From: an uncultured Actinomycetota bacterium
GTDB lineage: Bacteria; Actinomycetota; Actinomycetes; Mycobacteriales; Mycobacteriaceae
Reading direction: 5' to 3'
NCBI GenBank assembly: GCA_963766535.1
Contig: CAVYAU010000011.1
Span: 149,998 to 213,997, forward strand
DNA length: 64,000 nucleotides
The position numbers and the translations under genes were made by a program. Positions 62,594 through 64,000 of this stretch are shown here, one piece after another. The notes beneath the pieces are model-generated. The model did no database searches, was not told where the DNA came from, and was given only the letters and a program-made list of their open reading frames with translations. How positions within the stretch are numbered: the first letter of the stretch is position 1; each line of letters starts with the position of its first letter.

Positions 62594-63967
62594 ATGGCAC
62601 AGGTGAAGACACTGGATACGGCGTTCCTCAAAGCTCAAGATCCGGATCAGCACGCGAGCCTGGCGATCGGTGCGGTCGCCATCGTCGACGGCGCCGTGCC
62701 CGATTACGAATTGCTCAAAAAGTTGCTGGCAGAACGGATTCAGTCGATACCGCGATGCACACAGTTGCTGCGGAAGCACCCGCTGCACCCCGAGTGGGTC
62801 GACTATCCGGAATTCGACCTCACCCATCATGTTCGCCAGGTGGCGATACCCCGCCCGGGCGATGAGACCGAGCTGTCCCGGGCCATCGCCCATGCCCTGG
62901 AGCGTCCCCTCGACCTGGACCGTCCACTGTGGGAGTGCTGGGTCATCGATGGCCTGAAAGGCAACCGGTGGGCAATCTTGATGAAGATCCACCACTGCCT
63001 GGCTGACGGCAACTCGGCAGCCCACTTGCTCACCAGGCTCTGCGACGACGCCGACAGCGATATGTTTGCCAACCACGTTGGTGCCAAACAGGTTTCGCCG
63101 CCGCAGGTGGAGAAGCGGAGCTGGGCCGACGCGCTGTGGCGAGCCGCTACCGTCGCCGGCACTGTCACGAGCACCCTCGCCGGGGCGATCTGGCCCGCGG
63201 TGCGGACGTCGCCGATCGACTCGCTCACCACGATGCGGCGGTACGGCACGGTGCGAGTTCCGATTGCCGACGTCGACAGCGTCTGCCGCAAATTCGGTGT
63301 GAGCGTCAATGACGTTGCGCTCGCTGCCATCACCGAGGGCTTCCGGACGGTTCTGCTAAGCCGCGGCGAACAACCGCGGGCGGACTCACTGCGCACCCTG
63401 ATGCCGATGCCCGTGAGTTCGGCCATGCTGCCGTATCTGCCCGTCGAACATGACGACCCAGTCCAGCGACTGCGGACCGTGCACAACCGATGGCAAGCCA
63501 AGCAAACCGACCAGCCGCAATCCGGCGGCATCGTGGAGTCGGCGATCAATTTCCTACCAACTATATTGCGCAGCAATGTAATACAACTCCTGGCCCGACT
63601 CCCGCAACGCGGCATCGTGACGTTGGCGACCAACGTGCCCGGGCCACGCCATCAGCTACGGCTGATGGGCCAGACGATGGAGCGCTTGCTGCCGATCCCC
63701 CCGACCGCGGTGCAGCTGAGCACCGGGGTGGCGGTACTGAGCTACAGCGACGAACTGGTATTCGGCATCACCGCCGAATACGACGCCGCGTTCGACGTCA
63801 AGCAGTTGGCCTCGGGCATCGAACTGGGAATGGCGCGACTGGTGGCACTCAGCCAAGACTCCGTGCTGCTGTTCAGCAAAGACCACCGACGCAAACGTTC
63901 GTCGCGTGCGTTTCCCAGCCGCGCACAGCGAGCGCGGCCGTCCGCACCGGAACAAGCGCGTCACTGA
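62594..63967 (+). CDS. Wax ester synthase / diacylglycerol acyltransferase (WS/DGAT, Rv3371-like)
   Basis: 457 aa. Catalytic HHCLADG motif and C-terminal NVPGP motif. Confidence 0.9.
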   Translation: MAQVKTLDTAFLKAQDPDQHASLAIGAVAIVDGAVPDYELLKKLLAERIQSIPRCTQLLRKHPLHPEWVDYPEFDLTHHVRQVAIPRPGDETELSRAIAHALERPLDLDRPLWECWVIDGLKGNRWAILMKIHHCLADGNSAAHLLTRLCDDADSDMFANHVGAKQVSPPQVEKRSWADALWRAATVAGTVTSTLAGAIWPAVRTSPIDSLTTMRRYGTVRVPIADVDSVCRKFGVSVNDVALAAITEGFRTVLLSRGEQPRADSLRTLMPMPVSSAMLPYLPVEHDDPVQRLRTVHNRWQAKQTDQPQSGGIVESAINFLPTILRSNVIQLLARLPQRGIVTLATNVPGPRHQLRLMGQTMERLLPIPPTAVQLSTGVAVLSYSDELVFGITAEYDAAFDVKQLASGIELGMARLVALSQDSVLLFSKDHRRKRSSRAFPSRAQRARPSAPEQARH

Positions 63968-64000
63968 CCCAACCTCGGCGGCGTTGACCACCGTGAGAAG

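Overview
High-GC (about 65-66%) actinobacterial chromosome. From gene content and order it is a slow-growing Mycobacterium closely related to M. tuberculosis. The window is collinear with the H37Rv segment Rv3300c-Rv3371 (locus numbers recalled from memory, not searched). In order it carries:
- a pseudouridine synthase, glpD2, lpdA, and amiA1/amiB1;
- a nucleoside-salvage cluster (deoD, pmmB, upp, add, deoA, cdd);
- sapM and the sdhCDAB (Sdh2) operon;
- sigJ with a carboxymuconolactone-decarboxylase (CMD) partner, a class-III aminotransferase, and dacB1;
- sugI-nagA, trpS, and icd1;
- a SAM-IV riboswitch followed by metC-metX and a methyltransferase;
- folD and an old yellow enzyme (OYE) family flavin oxidoreductase;
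- the mfpA/mfpB conservon (conserved four-gene signalling operon), trmL(spoU), dnaE2 with an SOS box, and a WS/DGAT (wax ester synthase/diacylglycerol acyltransferase).

Blocks I remember from H37Rv are not present: phoY1, vapBC44/moa genes, the PPE/PE_PGRS cluster, relJK and PE_PGRS51. In their place are lineage-specific genes:
- two convergent VWA-domain membrane paralogs;
- a small secreted protein plus an orphan ORF;
- a DoxX protein;
- an ICMT/MddA-like membrane methyltransferase;
- a DUF222/HNH (REP13E12-type) gene;
- an intact Tat-like FAD oxidase;
- a tandem pair of Rv1747-like FHA-FHA-ABC transporters.

The most unusual items are:
- the tandem FHA-ABC pair sitting against the conservon;
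- an mfpA that appears decayed (no canonical start, split over at least two frames) beside an intact mfpB;
- an ECF41-type promoter motif in front of the CMD gene;
- a 15-bp perfect inverted repeat in the sigJ/aminotransferase divergent region;
- a long leader with mini-ORFs between the SAM-IV aptamer and metC.

I found no CRISPR array, IS element, prophage, rRNA or tRNA. I also found no convincing defence island, so most of the window is ordinary conserved housekeeping sequence. All homology statements come from reading the translated ORFs and recognising motifs, not from database searches.
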